This document shows, one piece after another, positions 1 to 16,948 of a DNA stretch of 64,000 nt. The position numbers and the translations under genes were made by a program. Positions within the stretch are counted from its first letter, which is position 1. Every line of letters starts with the position of its first letter. Below the pieces are notes generated by a model. It was given only the letters and a program-made list of their open reading frames with translations. It was not told the DNA's origin and made no database searches. The stretch comes from Octopus vulgaris (lineage: Eukaryota), in assembly GCA_951406725.2 (NCBI GenBank), contig OX597836.1, forward strand, positions 22,878,001-22,942,000, given 5' to 3'.

Positions 1-2580
<2,580 letters not shown>

Positions 2581-2897
2581 AATATGTATATTTTACTTTT
2601 CCATTCAGGTAAGGTTAACAAGAAAAGTAGTCCATCTGGTGAAAGATAAATAACACTTAATTTACACAGTATGTAGTGAATGAGCTGCATTAAGTTTCAT
2701 ACATTAGAGACACCACCAAGTTAGGTTTTTATAACATGCTCAGTAACTCATAACTACATAATGTGTGCATTAAATGATGTATGTATATTAGGGATACAAC
2801 TTTCTTGCAACTCCGTAGTCTTGTATCATATTCTGATGAGCTTTTACTAGAAAACAATGAAAACCAATGTCTTTTTTTGTATTTGATCAAAAAGGTT

Positions 2898-3140
2898 CAC
2901 CCATGACTAACTTAGAAATATTTATACTCAGTTACATTTGGGTGGGTTTCCATAAGTAAAACCCTGGTTGAATAATAAACAAAAAAGTATGAAAAATGAC
3001 TAATATTTCCGTCAAACTTTGCTTTTGTTACGATACGTGCCTTGTAGGCCTCACACAATTTAGTAGATGTTGGCAGTGAGTATTTTTTGCTCTTGTCTTG
3101 ATAAATTCGCCACAGACATAGCAAAAAGTCGGATGTAGAG
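2898..3140 (-). mobile_element. Chapaev-like (CMC) DNA transposon remnant
   Basis: FCYVCGEFIKTRAKKYSLPTSTKLCEAYKA resembles the Chapaev3 transposase N-terminus. CAC terminus at 2898. End sequence similar to 63617-63670. Confidence 0.55.
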
Positions 3141-3599
3141 GGTTTGTAGGACACAGCGTGAGACGACTGTTGTTATCGTTAGGCCTAACTCATCGTAAAG
3201 TCAATACCACCATGACTGATATCCAATCTACAGTGGAGAAGGCTAGCCACTGGATTTGGTTAAAAAGAGACGATGAGCGATGGCTAGAAGTATATTGAGT
3301 TCTTCATAACCAGCTGATCTAGTAAGCGGGGCCTCATATCAGTGAGGGGGGCCGGTGCGCATTGATGCCGTCGAGAGGTAGGCCCCGAAACGGCGCGCAT
3401 TCTCTCCTGATGACCCCATACACTTGCTAGCTTCCGATATACGGAGCTTTTAACTGGTAGCACTTGCATGTGCAAGTTGTTTGCAAGACATCTACTTACA
3501 ACCACTTAATGTCATCTGTGAAGAATGCAGCTATCAACGATGACTTGTCTCCATTTGGACAACTAAACTGAACTGTTGAGCTTATAATCCCCCCCTTAC

Positions 3600-4277
3600 A
3601 ATTGCCATCTATGTTGCCAGAACATTCTAGAAATTCTTGAAACTTTTAGAAACTTCTCAAAACTTCTCAAAACTTCTTGAAACATCTAGAACATTCAAGA
3701 AACAAAGGTATCGATGAATAGAAGAGAGGGAAGGGAACATCGCCTTTCAAATAGGCAATGGTAAGCTTGCCAAAGTTTAATGCAACTTAAATATGGAGAT
3801 TAAGATTGTTTGGGATTGGATAGTCCTCACGTAGAGCGTCCCAAGTCAATTTAATCACCATCGCAGTTGGACAGTCGAAATATATAAATAGAGAAAATCC
3901 TTTCACATTTATAATATTCTCTAACCAAGTAATAATATACTATTACAACATATAGATGAATATTAAATCAATAAAATGTGAAAACCACGAAAAGATATTC
4001 TCTAATGCTAATCTACGACCATATAGATTTAAAAAGTATGGAAACCCTACATGCAAAAACTATGTACATACAACGGATTAGAGAAAACCCCGTGTAAACC
4101 ACCGTTTTTCCTGGTTTGTTCATTTCTGTGGGAGCTCTGGGCAAAATGTTATAGTGCCTGACCATCCTTGGGACATAAGTAATGTATGTGTAAAGTTTGG
4201 TGAAAATCGGTTGAGAATTGTGGAAACTTATGCTTTAGTCAATATACACACACATACTGTGAATTATATATACTAGA
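3600..4277 (-). mobile_element. 5' part of a second, tandem Helitron copy
   Basis: Starts TCTAGTATATATAAT at 4277. Segment 3702-3806 matches 7221-7335. Short AAACTTCT repeats at 3620-3700. Confidence 0.65.
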
Positions 4278-4320
4278 CTAGCAATATACACACACACACT
4301 AGCAAATTATATATACTAGA

Positions 4321-7300
4321 CTAGCAAATGCGCCTGTCCTTTCGATGGTTTAAGTAGCTTTGGTGGTATTTTTTTCACCAAATAATTGAACTACCAAGAA
4401 GGTTTATGAGTAGCACAGCAATCTATGTTTCCGATTAACCTAGGAACAGAAAACCTGGTTATTCTGGAATTCGTTGCACTTTAAGGATCATAGAATATAT
4501 CAGTTTGCAAGCAATGCAAAGTAGAGCTACTGAAGTGTTTTTGGAGTAGATTACGGATAATGACTGTAAAATATAGTTGTTTTACATGAAAGCGAAATTT
4601 CTTGTCAGAATCAGCCAAATAAATGACGTAAGGAAATAGAAGGAAGACATTGAAACTTCCCCTCTGCGTATTTATTTTATTCAACAGCAAAGGGAACTAT
4701 TTTTTCGGAGAGAAGTACGATTGGTACTTTCAAGAATGGCAATATAATACCTACTTGAAAAAGTAAAGTTAAAGAAATGTATTTGCTACATGCTTACAGC
4801 GTACGATCACTCTGAAACTGATTTCAGGTAACGAAAAATGAAGACATAAAGAGTTTGACTTCAGTTCACGAATACTCTTTTGAATCTTTAGCAGTTTGCA
4901 GAAAAAAAATGTCACGTTGAAAGGCAGGCAGTTTATAGTGCATCTTTTGGGTGGGGACAACTAAAATATAACGTACTCTTAATTCATTTGCAACGAATAA
5001 CTACGACACAGGGAGCTCAAAATGTCTTCAACAAAAGATTTATTGTAACACAGTGAAAATGTACACATACAAATAGAAGCTCAATTCAAACGTGTGCATA
5101 CAAGTGGAAACTCAATTTAAACTAAAATTCATAATAAGAGCAATTGAATGCTGGTTGCAATTCACTTAAGAATTTGTTGAATACATGTTGCCAGATTTCA
5201 AGTCAACATAAAAAATTGACACTAGATTACGTCAAAGGAAAGTACTTACTTAATGACCTGTGCGTAATGTGAAAACAAGAGAGAGTTTCAAGTCCCAAAG
5301 AAATTGGATTAACCAGTTTCAGCTACCATGCTGAACCTGTAAATGTATATCAGTCAAAAGAGAAGTGCTCTGCGTGAGTCAACATGTATATCTCTATAGA
5401 AAAAAACGTTACTGTTTGAACATGGAGACGATATCACGTTGAAAAGCAGACTGATAACTGTGAAGTTGTAATGATGCTAAAAGTGAGCAGGATACACGTA
5501 TATACATACTCGAAATAACTAGCATGAGTTTTATTGTGAGTAAAGAGTTTACTTAGGGTTGTTCCCCTCTAAATAATGACAGTCACTAATGAGCTATCAT
5601 GGAGGATTGAAAATGATCTTGTCCGCCGGTAACGCACAAAGAAAATTGGAGACTGACTGCATTGTATTCGAGTTTTTAGCCATTCAGACCAAAGTCAGAA
5701 TGTTGCCCAGTGCACACCACGTGGATGTAAACTCTTGCAGGCCATCCCATGCTGTCCCACGTCGGTGTGTCGAAACAGCTGCTAAAGAGTTGATATGAAA
5801 AAGCATGTTGATATATTGGTGAAGGCGGTGACCATGTAGTCGACAGTGTGGCTTCATCGGGACAGCAGAGCAGAACTGCAAGTTCATCATTTTGGGGTTG
5901 ATTAAGCATCCTTGGTGCTCTCTGATAGGCGTTTGGTTACTTCTTATCATAACTTTGAAATTGGGCTCATCTGTATGTCGGCGTTGTATAGCAGATTTGA
6001 AGTCCTTCACATATCGGTTGGTGGTGTGGAGCATTTTCTGAAGTTAATTCAAAAGCGGCATTTTAATTCCAGGTGCCATCTGGGCTCGGTGAGCCATTTG
6101 CTCAGTGGTGTCTCCCATGAAGTAAATTTGAAGGAATCAGTGTTCAGCGTTGTTGATAGGAAGAATACAGCCTATCCGATGATAGGTTTGGCCCTGAATT
6201 TTGAACGTTGGCATATAGGAGTCTTCACGAATGGGTTTGTGCCCAAAACTTGTCATCTGGATGGCTGATTTACAAGCACAAATTTTCTGTATAAATTGTT
6301 GAAAATCAAGATGTTGACCAAGGAGTAAAGAGAGCAAAGGCTGAGGAGTTTTTGCAGATCAGGCAAATGAACCTTTCCATTTGGGAAGCATAGGCCACTG
6401 GATTCTCCAATCCACTTGAGGGCCTTGCAAAATGGACATATTATAGACATATCTCTCATAACAGTTTCTCGATGTGTGGTGTAATCCTTGGCAGGATTGT
6501 AGTTGAGCGCCTTTGATGCCCATCAACTACTCAATGGCTCCCAATAACCATGGGCAAGAGCCTTCCAGTGAACATTAGACTGAAGTCTCATCATCCAATG
6601 GTTATCATCATCTGCCAACCTCACAACAGAAGTGGATGTAGCATAGTGTGCTCAACGGATAGCACTCTTTTGTAGGGTTTCTGTAGCCCTTGTGTCAGCA
6701 GCACACACTCGATAGGTTTCGTGCTGCTCTGCAGTAGTTGCAGCTCTAGCAGCAGCAGTTTTCTCCAGCAGGCTACAGGACTTCTTGTCCTCAGTTTCCT
6801 TAGCCTGCCAGTACTGCTGCAGAAGACTTTCTGCCAATGCGTGCCCTCTTTTTAGGTGGCATGCCATTATTATCTGGAAAAGAAAAATGGGTTTTAGTGT
6901 ACCAAGTGATTATTGATTCTATTATAAGGTAACAAAAGCCCCTTTATTCTGTCTTCCCACATAGCCTGTGTATAAAGTAACAGTGAATGCTACATAAAGT
7001 GAAATTGGTATGGTGCTTTCTGAAAGATACGTATAGCTTTTGCTAGTGGTAGCAAAACTCTTATTTAAAGGTTGATTCTTTAAGACAAATCATATGTGAT
7101 TGTTTAAAAACAACTAGAAATACAATGCTAAAATATATTTGAAACAATGGGCAACAGTCAAAATACCATAATAGATGGGAAAATAAGCATCCTTAAAGTG
7201 AAACAACACATTGGTAGGCAAACAAAGGTATTAATAAATAGAGGAGAGGAAAGGGAACATCACCTTTCAAGTAACTCAGAATAGGTAAAGGTAAGCTTAC

Positions 7301-7340
7301 CAAAGTTTAATGCAACTTAAATATGGAGATTAAGACTAAG
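4321..7340 (-). mobile_element. Internally deleted Helitron with RepHel N-terminal remnants
   Basis: CPFCKALKWIGESSGLC..NGKV, QMTSFG..MPTFKIQGQTYHRIGCILP and EH..LNQPQNDELAVLL (5870-6460). 3' CTAG at 4321-4324 after a decayed hairpin. Confidence 0.8.
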
Positions 7341-8620
7341 ATTAAGATCTGTTCAATCTGTGAGCCAAACTGAACAGATCCTAGCTTTTTTCTAAATGTG
7401 GCCCTTTAGATCAATCCTAGATTTTATTTCCTGTACTTCTTTTCACCTTATTTTATCCTACTTTATTTATTCAATTACTATAAACTTTTAAGGCGGCGAC
7501 TTAGCAGAAACGCTAGCACACTGGGCGAAATGCTTAGCGGTATTACCAGTTACGCACTGGGGTCGATGTAATCGACTTAATACCTATGTCTGTCCTTGTT
7601 TGTCCCCTCTATGTTTAGCCCCTTGTGGGTAATAAAGAAATAGGTATTTCATCAGTCTTTACATTCTGAGGTTCAAATTCTGCTGAGGTCGACTTTGCCT
7701 TTCATTCTTTTGGGGTTGATAAATTAAGTACCAGTTGTGTACTGGGGTCGATCTAATTGACTGGCCCCCTCCCCCAAAATTTCGGGCCTTGTGCCTAGAG
7801 TAGAAAAGAATTACTCTTTATTTGTTTATTTATCCATAGACTTTTAGTTCAGTGTTTCCATTTATAATTTATGTAACCGTAAATATAATGAAAATATCTT
7901 AACTCGTATAATCATTAATGCAGTAGCCTAACTTAGCATGAATCAGTATAAATGCATGAATATTGTCCCTTAATATACTTGTTGTGTAAAGTTAAGTTGT
8001 AGGTATTGATATAATCAGATATGATTATGATCCATTATGGTTAATTAAATAATCGTTAATCTTCTACAATTATATCACTACTTGGAAATTAGAGCTTTGT
8101 GCTATATTGCACATGTGGACATGTATATATGTGTGATATGTGTATGTGTGTGCGCGTGTGTGCACGTGTGTGTGTGTGTGCATGAATATAGGTATCTATA
8201 ACTGTATATGATTGTGCTTGCTAATACATATGAGTGTACAAATGTGTGCACTAATTTGCTTGTGATTATTCAATATAATGCAAACGTGTTTATGCTAATA
8301 CCATATCACACATACAACATAGCACAAAACACATATCGATGTTCTGCCATCCCTCAAAACCAGCAGTGTACAACATTTCAACAGCTTAAGTCCACCTTCC
8401 TGTCTCTGAACTGTCATTTGATCAGCACATGTGTTTATTATTATTGGCATTATGACCGTCCCAAAGAACAACAAGATTTGTTTCAACACAAAAATTCACA
8501 TCAAGAATCTTGCAAACCAAATACAAAAATGAAATAAAACTTTATTTTGTGCTCCTTTTATGTTTCTGTCTCCCAACCTATCTACTTGCTTAAAAGCCGC
8601 ACTTCATGTGGACTTTTAAA

Positions 8621-8995
8621 CTAGCTCCTGTGAAGGGCTAATTGGACCTGCAACCCAAAGCTAAAAAGAACAATAGTAATAATAATAAAGCATTTATTGG
8701 TACCTTACCAATATGGTATTATCCTACTAATATGGTATTACTTTAAATTTAGTTTAAATGAAAAAACTTATAAGTTCACAAATTTTTGGAGTTCTTTCAA
8801 AATTTGTATTTTCAACTGTTAGCATATAACAGATCCTCATCCCGACCTAATCCCAAGAACCAAACGAGGGGCAAATTTTCAATCCCAGGATCATCCTGAT
8901 TCCAAAAAGGTATGATATGTCTATGTAGAGCAAATGTAGATTGTGATACAGGGGTCCCAGACAGACAGACAGAATTTCATGTTTATTATTATAGA
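8621..8995 (-). mobile_element. Short non-autonomous Helitron
   Basis: A|TCTATAATAATAAA 5' end followed by (TCTG)n, CTAG|T 3' end, i.e. insertion between A and T. Confidence 0.55.
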
Positions 8996-8999
8996 TTTA

Positions 9000-9575
9000 T
9001 TTATTTGTCAAATTCTTTGGCTGAAAATTATTATCACAGAGGATACTCATATCAGTCATGAAACAGACAATACTATTTTGGTCTTTTACGACAATACCCA
9101 GTTTGTTAGCTTTGATGGTTCTGTCTGTATGTACTGGAAAGTCCCAGTGACTTCTCCCTCAAGGCAATGCTTATACCACTTGTCAGCTGTTTTGATTTTA
9201 TAATGCCAACATATTGGTCAACTCTGTCATGTCTTGATTTATACTCTACTGGAGCTAAAACTTTACATCCAGAGATTAAGTGGTCTACTGTTTTAATCTC
9301 ATGCAGGATTGACACTTTGGATCAACTCCATTTTTTATCACATTTGCTTGATAGTTCCAGGTCAACAAGCTTTGATCTTTCACTCTCTACCTTTAGCTCT
9401 GAGCTTCAAAGCTATTGATGTGTAGGCTTCTGGTTCACATCAGCTTGTTCGCTACAAGCCATATATTTGCCATGCAGAGATTTCTGCTCTCACCTTCCAG
9501 CCAAATGTTCCTGCGCTTTTATCTTTGCCATTAATTTTACTTTCTGTGCAACAAGTTACCACACTTTCCCCAGGC
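9000..9575 (-). mobile_element. R4/Dong-type non-LTR retrotransposon fragment (restriction-like endonuclease)
   Basis: TVDHLISGCKVLAPVEYKSRHDRV and WDFPVHTDRTIKANKLGIVVKD..CFMTDMSI. Confidence 0.75.
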
Positions 9576-10559
9576 TTATTATCATTGTTGTTGTTGTTGT
9601 TATCATTATTATTATTATTCATTTGGGATCTTTTCAGTTGCTCTCACAAATTTAGAAATTTTAAAATTAAACATAAATTTTCAAATTTGGTATATTGCTG
9701 TAATTTTTCATGTAGAATTCAAATTTGAAATTCATTTATTCCCAGAAAAATTCATAAAAATTTTGATAAGGTTCAAATTTGAACATTTTTAGTCCAATCA
9801 AAAAACAGGAATCTGAAGTCACACACATTTTCTGCATGATAGTTGTTTGTCACAAAATGACAGACAGAAATAACAGTGGCACAAAATGATATCACTTGTC
9901 AAAACTTGTGGTGGTGGTGGTTGCAGTGGTGAAAGTATCACAGTTGCACAGGTACAGCATCCTTGTTGCAATGAAAACAGAGCAGACTACAGCTTTGGTT
10001 GTCACTATGGAAACAGACACCAATGTGATATTTATGATTGTGTGTATAATGGTCACTTCTGATTGGCTAAAATTACCCAAAACTTGCAAAATTTAAAAGC
10101 TGTTAACTTTTCCTTTATTAATTTATGGCAAAAATGAATTTCATTTCCATAGTTTGCATACAAAACTAAATCAGTATGCCAAATTTGAAAACAATTGAGA
10201 AAAAATAGTAAAAATATGAGATGGTGGCAGCAACTGCAAAGATGCTTCAATTGATATTAACAATTTTAATTGGTTTTGAAATTTTTTTATTTCTAATGTT
10301 ATCAAAAAGTTCCTTAGAAGTGTTGTTTGCTAAAAATACAACCCCCAGAAACCTAATGTTTGATTTATAACTTGAGAGTTGGCCATAGCGTCACAACATG
10401 GTTGAATGATTAACAAAGTCCCTTCACAATCATAACATCCCGTGTTCAAATCCCATTGCATGTCATCATGGGCAAGTGGGTTTTTTTTTACCATTATTTC
10501 ATATTCTCTCAAGATTTGTGAGAGAAATTACATATATAAGAAAACTGTGAAGAAGCCCA

Positions 10560-10745
10560 TTGTATTAGCAAATGCTACTTTTAGCACGCCTGTAAAAGGC
10601 ATGACAAAAAAAGTAGGAGAAAGGAGATCACCCTGTTGCACTCCACTCTCAACAGACATTGGTTCTAACAGTTCTCTTTTAAAGCAAAACTGCACTTTCA
10701 TTCATATTGTCACACCAGGCTTGAATAATATTCACAGAATTTTCA
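10560..10745 (-). mobile_element. LINE reverse-transcriptase fragment
   Basis: GVQQGDLLSPTFF (RT motif B). Confidence 0.55.
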
Positions 10746-10958
10746 TATTTTGCACACACACACACACACACACTCACCTATATAATATCTATATCTATAC
10801 AGATATATGTGTACATACATACATGTATGTATATGTGTATGTGTATGTATGTATATACAGCAACAGCAACAGGACCTCCGTAATGCCATGATGGACCGTG
10901 AAGTCTGGCATAGCATGGTAAATTCCATTGTCTCGACCACGGTTGAACAATGATGATG

Positions 10959-11015
<57 letters not shown>

Positions 11016-11498
11016 ATATATATATGTATATATATATGCACATATATATGCATGTGTGTATATATATATATATATATATAAATTTATATATATATATATT
11101 TGTATCTATACGTATATATGTACATGTATATGTGTGTGTTTGTATGTGAGTGTACATGTGTGTGTGCATGTGTGCATGCGTGCGTGCGTGTGTGTGTGTG
11201 TATGTTTGTGTGTGTGTAAACTATTCTCTACACTTATTTTTAAGATAAATGTCAAAATATACATCAGTGTGTTGGTTGCATGAAGCGATATTTTGAGACC
11301 CCCCCACCCCCTTTCTTGCCTATGATGATATTAATGACAGCAGCTGGCCAATATGGACAATATATGTAGTAGAAGTAGTAGCAATAATAATGATAATAAT
11401 AACAATAATAATAAGACAGGAATTGTAATAAATTATGTTAATGTTAGCTAAAACAACGTGATTTCGTTCTCTTCTCTTCTATACACGTGTTGGAACCA

Positions 11499-11900
11499 TA
11501 GGCGCAGGAGTGGCTGTGTGGTAAGTAGCTTGCTAACCAACCACATGGTTCCGGGTTCAATCCCACTGCGTGGCATCTTGGGCAAGTGTCTTCTGCTATA
11601 GCCCCGGGCCGACCAATGCCTTGTGAGTGGATTTGGTAGATGGAAACTGAAAGAAGCCTGTCGTATATATGTATATATATGTATGTATGTGTGTGTGTGT
11701 TTGTCCCCCTAGCATTGCTTGACAACCGATGCTGGTGTGTTTACGTCCCCGTCACTTTGCGGTTCGGCAAAAAGAGACCGATAGAATAAGTACTGGGCTT
11801 ACAAAAAGAATAAGTCCCGGGGTCGAGTTGCTCGATTAAAGGCGGTGCTCCAGCATGGCCGCAGTCAAATGACTGAAACATGTAAAAGAGTAAAAGAGAG
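11499..11900 (+). mobile_element. tRNA-derived SINE family A (about 400 bp, internal microsatellite, GTAAAAGA tail)
   Basis: Near-identical full copies at 13090-13502(-), 19498-19920(+), 27397-27820(+), 55538-55920(-), 61367-61800(+) and 62704-63095(+); many partials. A-box TGGCTGTGTGG and B-box-like GGTTCAATCC. Confidence 0.9.
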
Positions 11901-11914
11901 AGTATTGGTACAAT

Positions 11915-12497
11915 TGTTTTTGTTGTTTGTTCCTTCTCGAGCCATGCCTGGCTCATAAGGGCCGGTTTCCCGGTTTCTTGGCATATAGGTTCCCCACGTG
12001 GACGGGACTCCGGTCCATCGCAGGTGAGCTGCAAGATGCAGGAGGAAAGAGTGAGAGAAAGCTGTGACGAAAGAGTCAGCAGAAGTTTCTCCATTACCTT
12101 CTGCCGGAGCCGCGTGGAGCTTAGGTGTTTCGCTCATAAACACACACATCGTCCGGTCTGAGATTCGAACCTGCGATCTCCTCGACCACGAGTCCACTGC
12201 TCTAACCACTAGGCCATGTGCCTTCACATTGGTACAATGGTACAACCTTGGCGTATAGGTTCCCCACGTGGACGGGACTCCGGTCCATCGCAGGTGAGCT
12301 GCAAGATGCAAGAGGAAAGAGTGAGAGAAAGGTGTGGCGAAAAAGTCAGCAGAAGTTTTGCCATTACCTTCTGCCGGAGCCACGTGGAGCTTAGGTGTTT
12401 CACTCATAAACACACATATCATCCGGTCTGAGATTCGAACCCGTGATCCCTCGACCGTGAGTCCGCTGCTCTAACCACTAGGACATGTGCCTTCACA
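11915..12497 (-). mobile_element. tRNA-derived SINE family D with a tandem duplication of about 270 bp
   Basis: Head GGCACATGGCCTAGTGGTTAGAGC..GGTTCGAATC; TSD-like ATTGGTACAAT. Other copies at 33705-33990 and related ones at 50800-51150 and 43460-43690. Confidence 0.8.
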
Positions 12498-12799
12498 TTG
12501 GTACAATGGTACAACCTTGCAAAATTTCAACAAAGGAACACAGTTAATTACTGGTATTTTATCAAATGATGAGAAGAAAACTGACAACTCACCTCTAATC
12601 CCACTCAGGAATGATGGATACCAATATTTCGTAATTTTTGCGGCTTATCAACATCACACATTTTGCGGATTATCAGTATCTATCACTCCTGAATGGGATT
12701 AGGGGTGACTTGTCTCACCTGTCTAAGGCTTTCAGGTGTTTTAACACCCACCATGCTAAATTGCAGCATACTAGCAAACAAGCAAAACACATACATTGA

Positions 12800-13795
12800 G
12801 TATATGTGATGCAGGTACTCTGGCCTTTTGTAATGAAATCTCTTCCTGAACTCCCTCAAAACTTCCATAAAGCACTTTTTGTTGACTGTTTGGACAGAGG
12901 GAACACAGTGGTCCTTAATGATGCCCTTGCTGTTGAAAAGAGGTTCATCATGAGCCTCCCAGTGGATTTGCTTTACCAGGCCTTTTGTAATATTGAAAAA
13001 AACAGATAATCAGCTCATAAGAGTTAATCCTTATGCAGCCTGGATCATTTACTTACTTTTACTTTACTTTTACTTTTACATTTACCTGTTTCAGTCATTT
13101 GACTGCGGCCATGCTGGAGCACCACCTTTAGTCGAGCAAATCGACCCTGGGACTTATTCTTTTGTAAGCCCAGTACTTATTCTATCGGTCTCTTTTTGCC
13201 GAACCACTAAGTTACGGGGACGTAAACACACCAGCATCGGTTGTCAAGCAATGCTAGGGGGACAAACACAGACACACAAACACACACACATACATATATA
13301 TCTATATATATATATATATATATATATGCATACATACGACAGGCTTCTTTCAGTTTCCGTCTACCAAATCCACTCACAAGGCTTTGGTCGGCTCGAGGCT
13401 ATAGTAGAAGACATTTGCCCAAGATGCCACGCAGTGGGACTGAACCTGGAACCATGTAGTTCATAAGCAAGCTACTTACCACACAGCCACTCCTGCGCCT
13501 ATAAGTTTCATAAGTTTCTTAAGCGATTTTACCCAGTTAAACAGAAATATCTATTACCTAGCAATCTTCCAAATTGTCTTCACATCCTGACTGCATTCTG
13601 CAAACTAGTGAGCTGTAACAAGAAGTGTTTAGTAGGATGTGTTCAAATGGCTATTACAGCCATCTCCTTCAATCTGGAATAACAAAATTGGCAGATTATC
13701 TTATTAGATGTATAACAACGATAAACTAAAGTTATGATAATCTAGGACAGTTATAACTGCCTCACCAAGAATGTCTCAAATCTTCTGGAATGCAC

Positions 13796-13800
<5 letters not shown>
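12800..13800 (-). mobile_element. Decayed mariner element interrupted by a SINE
   Basis: SKGIIKDHCVPSVQTVNKKCFMEVLREFRKRF, N-terminal LGKIA.ETYE remnant, TATGAGGTGCATTC TIR-like end abutting (TA)n. Confidence 0.65.
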
Positions 13801-13854
<54 letters not shown>

Positions 13855-14275
13855 ATATAAATATGATAAATGGATCATGAATGCAACAGATGACAATAAA
13901 ACATCCAGACAGATAAACAATACAAAGATAGACAGGAAAAAACAAGGATGGTTCCTTCACAGCCTTCTCTCCTCAGTCAAGTTTCCAGATTATCCTTACA
14001 GTTTCGGCCAGTTACACTTGAGACTGTTCAAATCTGGCTGGCCCCAAAAATCTAAGCTAAGAACATTAAATATTTTAGGAGAAAGCAAGTGAATGTGTTC
14101 GACAACAAATACAGAAAAACAGAGAAAATGTTACACAATTACATATACAAACAACAAGAAAATAACATGTCTTTTGACGAATAAAGATGAATCAAGTTGA
14201 GCTGGCGTGTGTAGAGAGAGAAAGCCTTGAGACAGGAACATAGGAGAAGAACATAAGAGATGAAAGTCATGTGAC

Positions 14276-14316
<41 letters not shown>

Positions 14317-14326
14317 ATATGTATGT

Positions 14327-14429
<103 letters not shown>

Positions 14430-14474
14430 TAGATATGTTGTGCAAACACAAAAAATAGAACTCAAAATATGATT

Positions 14475-14768
14475 ATATGTATATTTTTATTAATATTTAA
14501 CTGAAGTAACAGAGTGACTCAAGATCCAAGAATTTCATGTGTTGGCACTTACAAAACTACTCACAGATCAATGGCCTGTGAATTTATATAGCTGTTTCCC
14601 TAGGGAATGTTGTAGAACATTCCATTGGGAAATAGATTTTTTTTTCAGCAACTATATAGACTCACAGGCTTTCAATCTGTGACTAGTTTTTGATAAATGC
14701 CAACACACAAAACTTTCGGATCTTGAATCATTCTGTTACTTCTGATAAATATTAATAAATATGTATAT
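14475..14768. repeat. Imperfect palindrome of about 290 bp (MITE-like foldback)
   Basis: TAATATTTAACTGAAGTAACAGAGTGACTCAAGATCC.. is inverted relative to ..GGATCTTGAATCATTCTGTTACTTCTGATAAATATTA. Confidence 0.75.
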
Positions 14769-15730
14769 CGTCATCATCATCATCATTGTTTAATGTCATT
14801 CAATGACTGGTATCCGTGCTAGCAGGGCGCAAAGAGCACCATACAAGCATGATTGTTGACAGAGCAGCTAACCTGCTTCCGTGCCAGTGGCACATAAAAG
14901 GCACCATTTGAGTGTGATCGTTACCAGCGTTGCCTTACTGGCACTTGTGCCCCTTCTAGTAGGGTACTAAGAGCACCATCCGAGCATGGTCATTGCCAGA
15001 GCGGCTAGCTGGCTTCCATGCCAGAGGCACATAAAAGGCACTATTCGAGCATGATCATTACCAGTGTTGCCTTACTAGCACGTGTAGAAACGTTCAAGCG
15101 AGGTCATTGTCAGTACCGCCTGACTGGCCCCCATACTGGTGGCATATAAAAGCACCCACTACACTCTCGGAGTGGTTGGCATTAGGAAGGGCATCCAGCT
15201 GTAGAAACTCTGCCAGATCAAGATTGGAGCCTGGTGCAGCCATCTGGTTCGCCAGCCCTCAGTCAAATTGTCCAACCCATGCTAGCATGGAAAGCAGAGA
15301 TTAAACGATGACGATGATGATGATGATATATATCGATATGTAATTGTAAGATCTGAGGATTTAAGTGTAGGAAGTTTGTAAGCCTCAAGCAATCTGTGGT
15401 AGGTATAAAAAGCAATGTTCAGGAACAATAATAGTTTATCGGTGTTGAAGGTTGTAGGCTTCTCCCATATTTGAAGTTTATGTGAGCTCCAGTTAGCAAC
15501 AAGGGTTGCTATGAATGTGAATAAAAATCCAAACTGAGGGAGTGGAACTGGTAAAATCCAGGCTGGGATACTCAGCTAGCTACTCATCAGGCCAAGGATT
15601 CATTAACTATATGATAGTTACATTGTCGCTTGGGAATCCCAAGTTAACTCACTGAAGATGTAATTTGAAAATTATATCTTGTGTGTGTGAGTGTATATAT
15701 AATGCATGTGTATGTATATACATATATATA

Positions 15731-15791
<61 letters not shown>

Positions 15792-15889
15792 TGGGTCAGC
15801 CCATAAATAATGCAGTTTTTTTATACTTGTTTTATTTTCCAAAATTAAGACAAAGTTCTTTTTTAATCTAAAATATACTCTCCATCATT

Positions 15890-16679
15890 GGGCCAGCAGA
15901 TTTCCAAGTTTTAATGCCCCAGATCACAGATCTTCCTCCATGTTTAACAGTTGGAAGAAGGCAGTCTGGGTCAAATGCTTCTTTTGGCTGTCTCTACATG
16001 TATATTTGGTCAGTGAATGGAAATAAGGTAAAGGATGACTCATCTGAGAAAATAGCATTCTTCCACTGCTCTAGGGTCCAATTCAGGTTTTTGCTCCACT
16101 CTAAACGCTTTGCAACGTTTGTTTTTGAAAGAAGTGGTTTTCTGATTGCAGCCCTCCTTTGAAATCTGGCTTTGTGCAGCTCCTGGTGAAGAGTTTTTGT
16201 GGAAACTGAGTTCTCAAGGTGGTCATTAAGCTCTGAAGTAATTTTGGGAACTGTACTTTGTGATCCTATCTAACAATTTGTGTAAGAGTCTGATGGTCCC
16301 TATCTGAAAGTTTTGGTTTTCTTCCAGAGTTTTGTTTTGACGAGGAGGTTTTTCCCTTTTTCTCAAAGGCTGTCATTACTTTCAAGACAGTACTTCTTGA
16401 TACAGCAAAAATTTCAGCTGTTTTCATTATGCAAGTGCCTGCTATACGAGCACCAACAATTTGACCCCTTTGAAAGTCCAATAGATCTGTCATTTTAATG
16501 AATTTTAATTACCTTTTTCTTATGATATCTGAAAAGAAACAGCAATTTTAGCAAAACATATTAAGCAATACTAATAATAAATCAAAAATCATTAAAATAA
16601 ACAAGCTTTTGATGGTTTTATAGATATTTCAAAATTATGATGCTATGATGCTAGGTGTTTCCATTACTTTGTCCAACCC

Positions 16680-16683
<4 letters not shown>
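15890..16683 (-). mobile_element. Tc1-like transposon (5' half)
   Basis: MTDLLDFQRGQIVGARIAG..VSRSTVLKV..SGRKPKLSDRD; TIR CAGGGGTTGGACAAAGTAATGGAAACACC abutting (TA)n. Confidence 0.8.
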
Positions 16684-16740
<57 letters not shown>

Positions 16741-16744
<4 letters not shown>

Positions 16745-16948
16745 ATCCAAACAAGAAAGCACAAAAAAACACAACACGAGGACGTGGAACAAATATAGTA
16801 ATATTGGATGCTCAGGAAAGAAGGAAAGAAGGAGGGTTTAACGTTTCGAGCGGAGCTCTTCGTCGGAAACATAGGAGAAGGAAAGATCCAGAGAAGGGAA
16901 GACAGAGGAAAAAAAATCGCCAACGGTACACACGCGGTCACATTTTGA

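Noticed and set aside
2833-2865. CTGATGAG...GAAA as a hammerhead
   Set aside because: No convincing helix I or II pairing.
13990-14060. GGCCAG...CTGGCC-GAAA stem resembling hammerhead helix II (minus strand)
   Set aside because: No recognisable CUGANGA-like core upstream.
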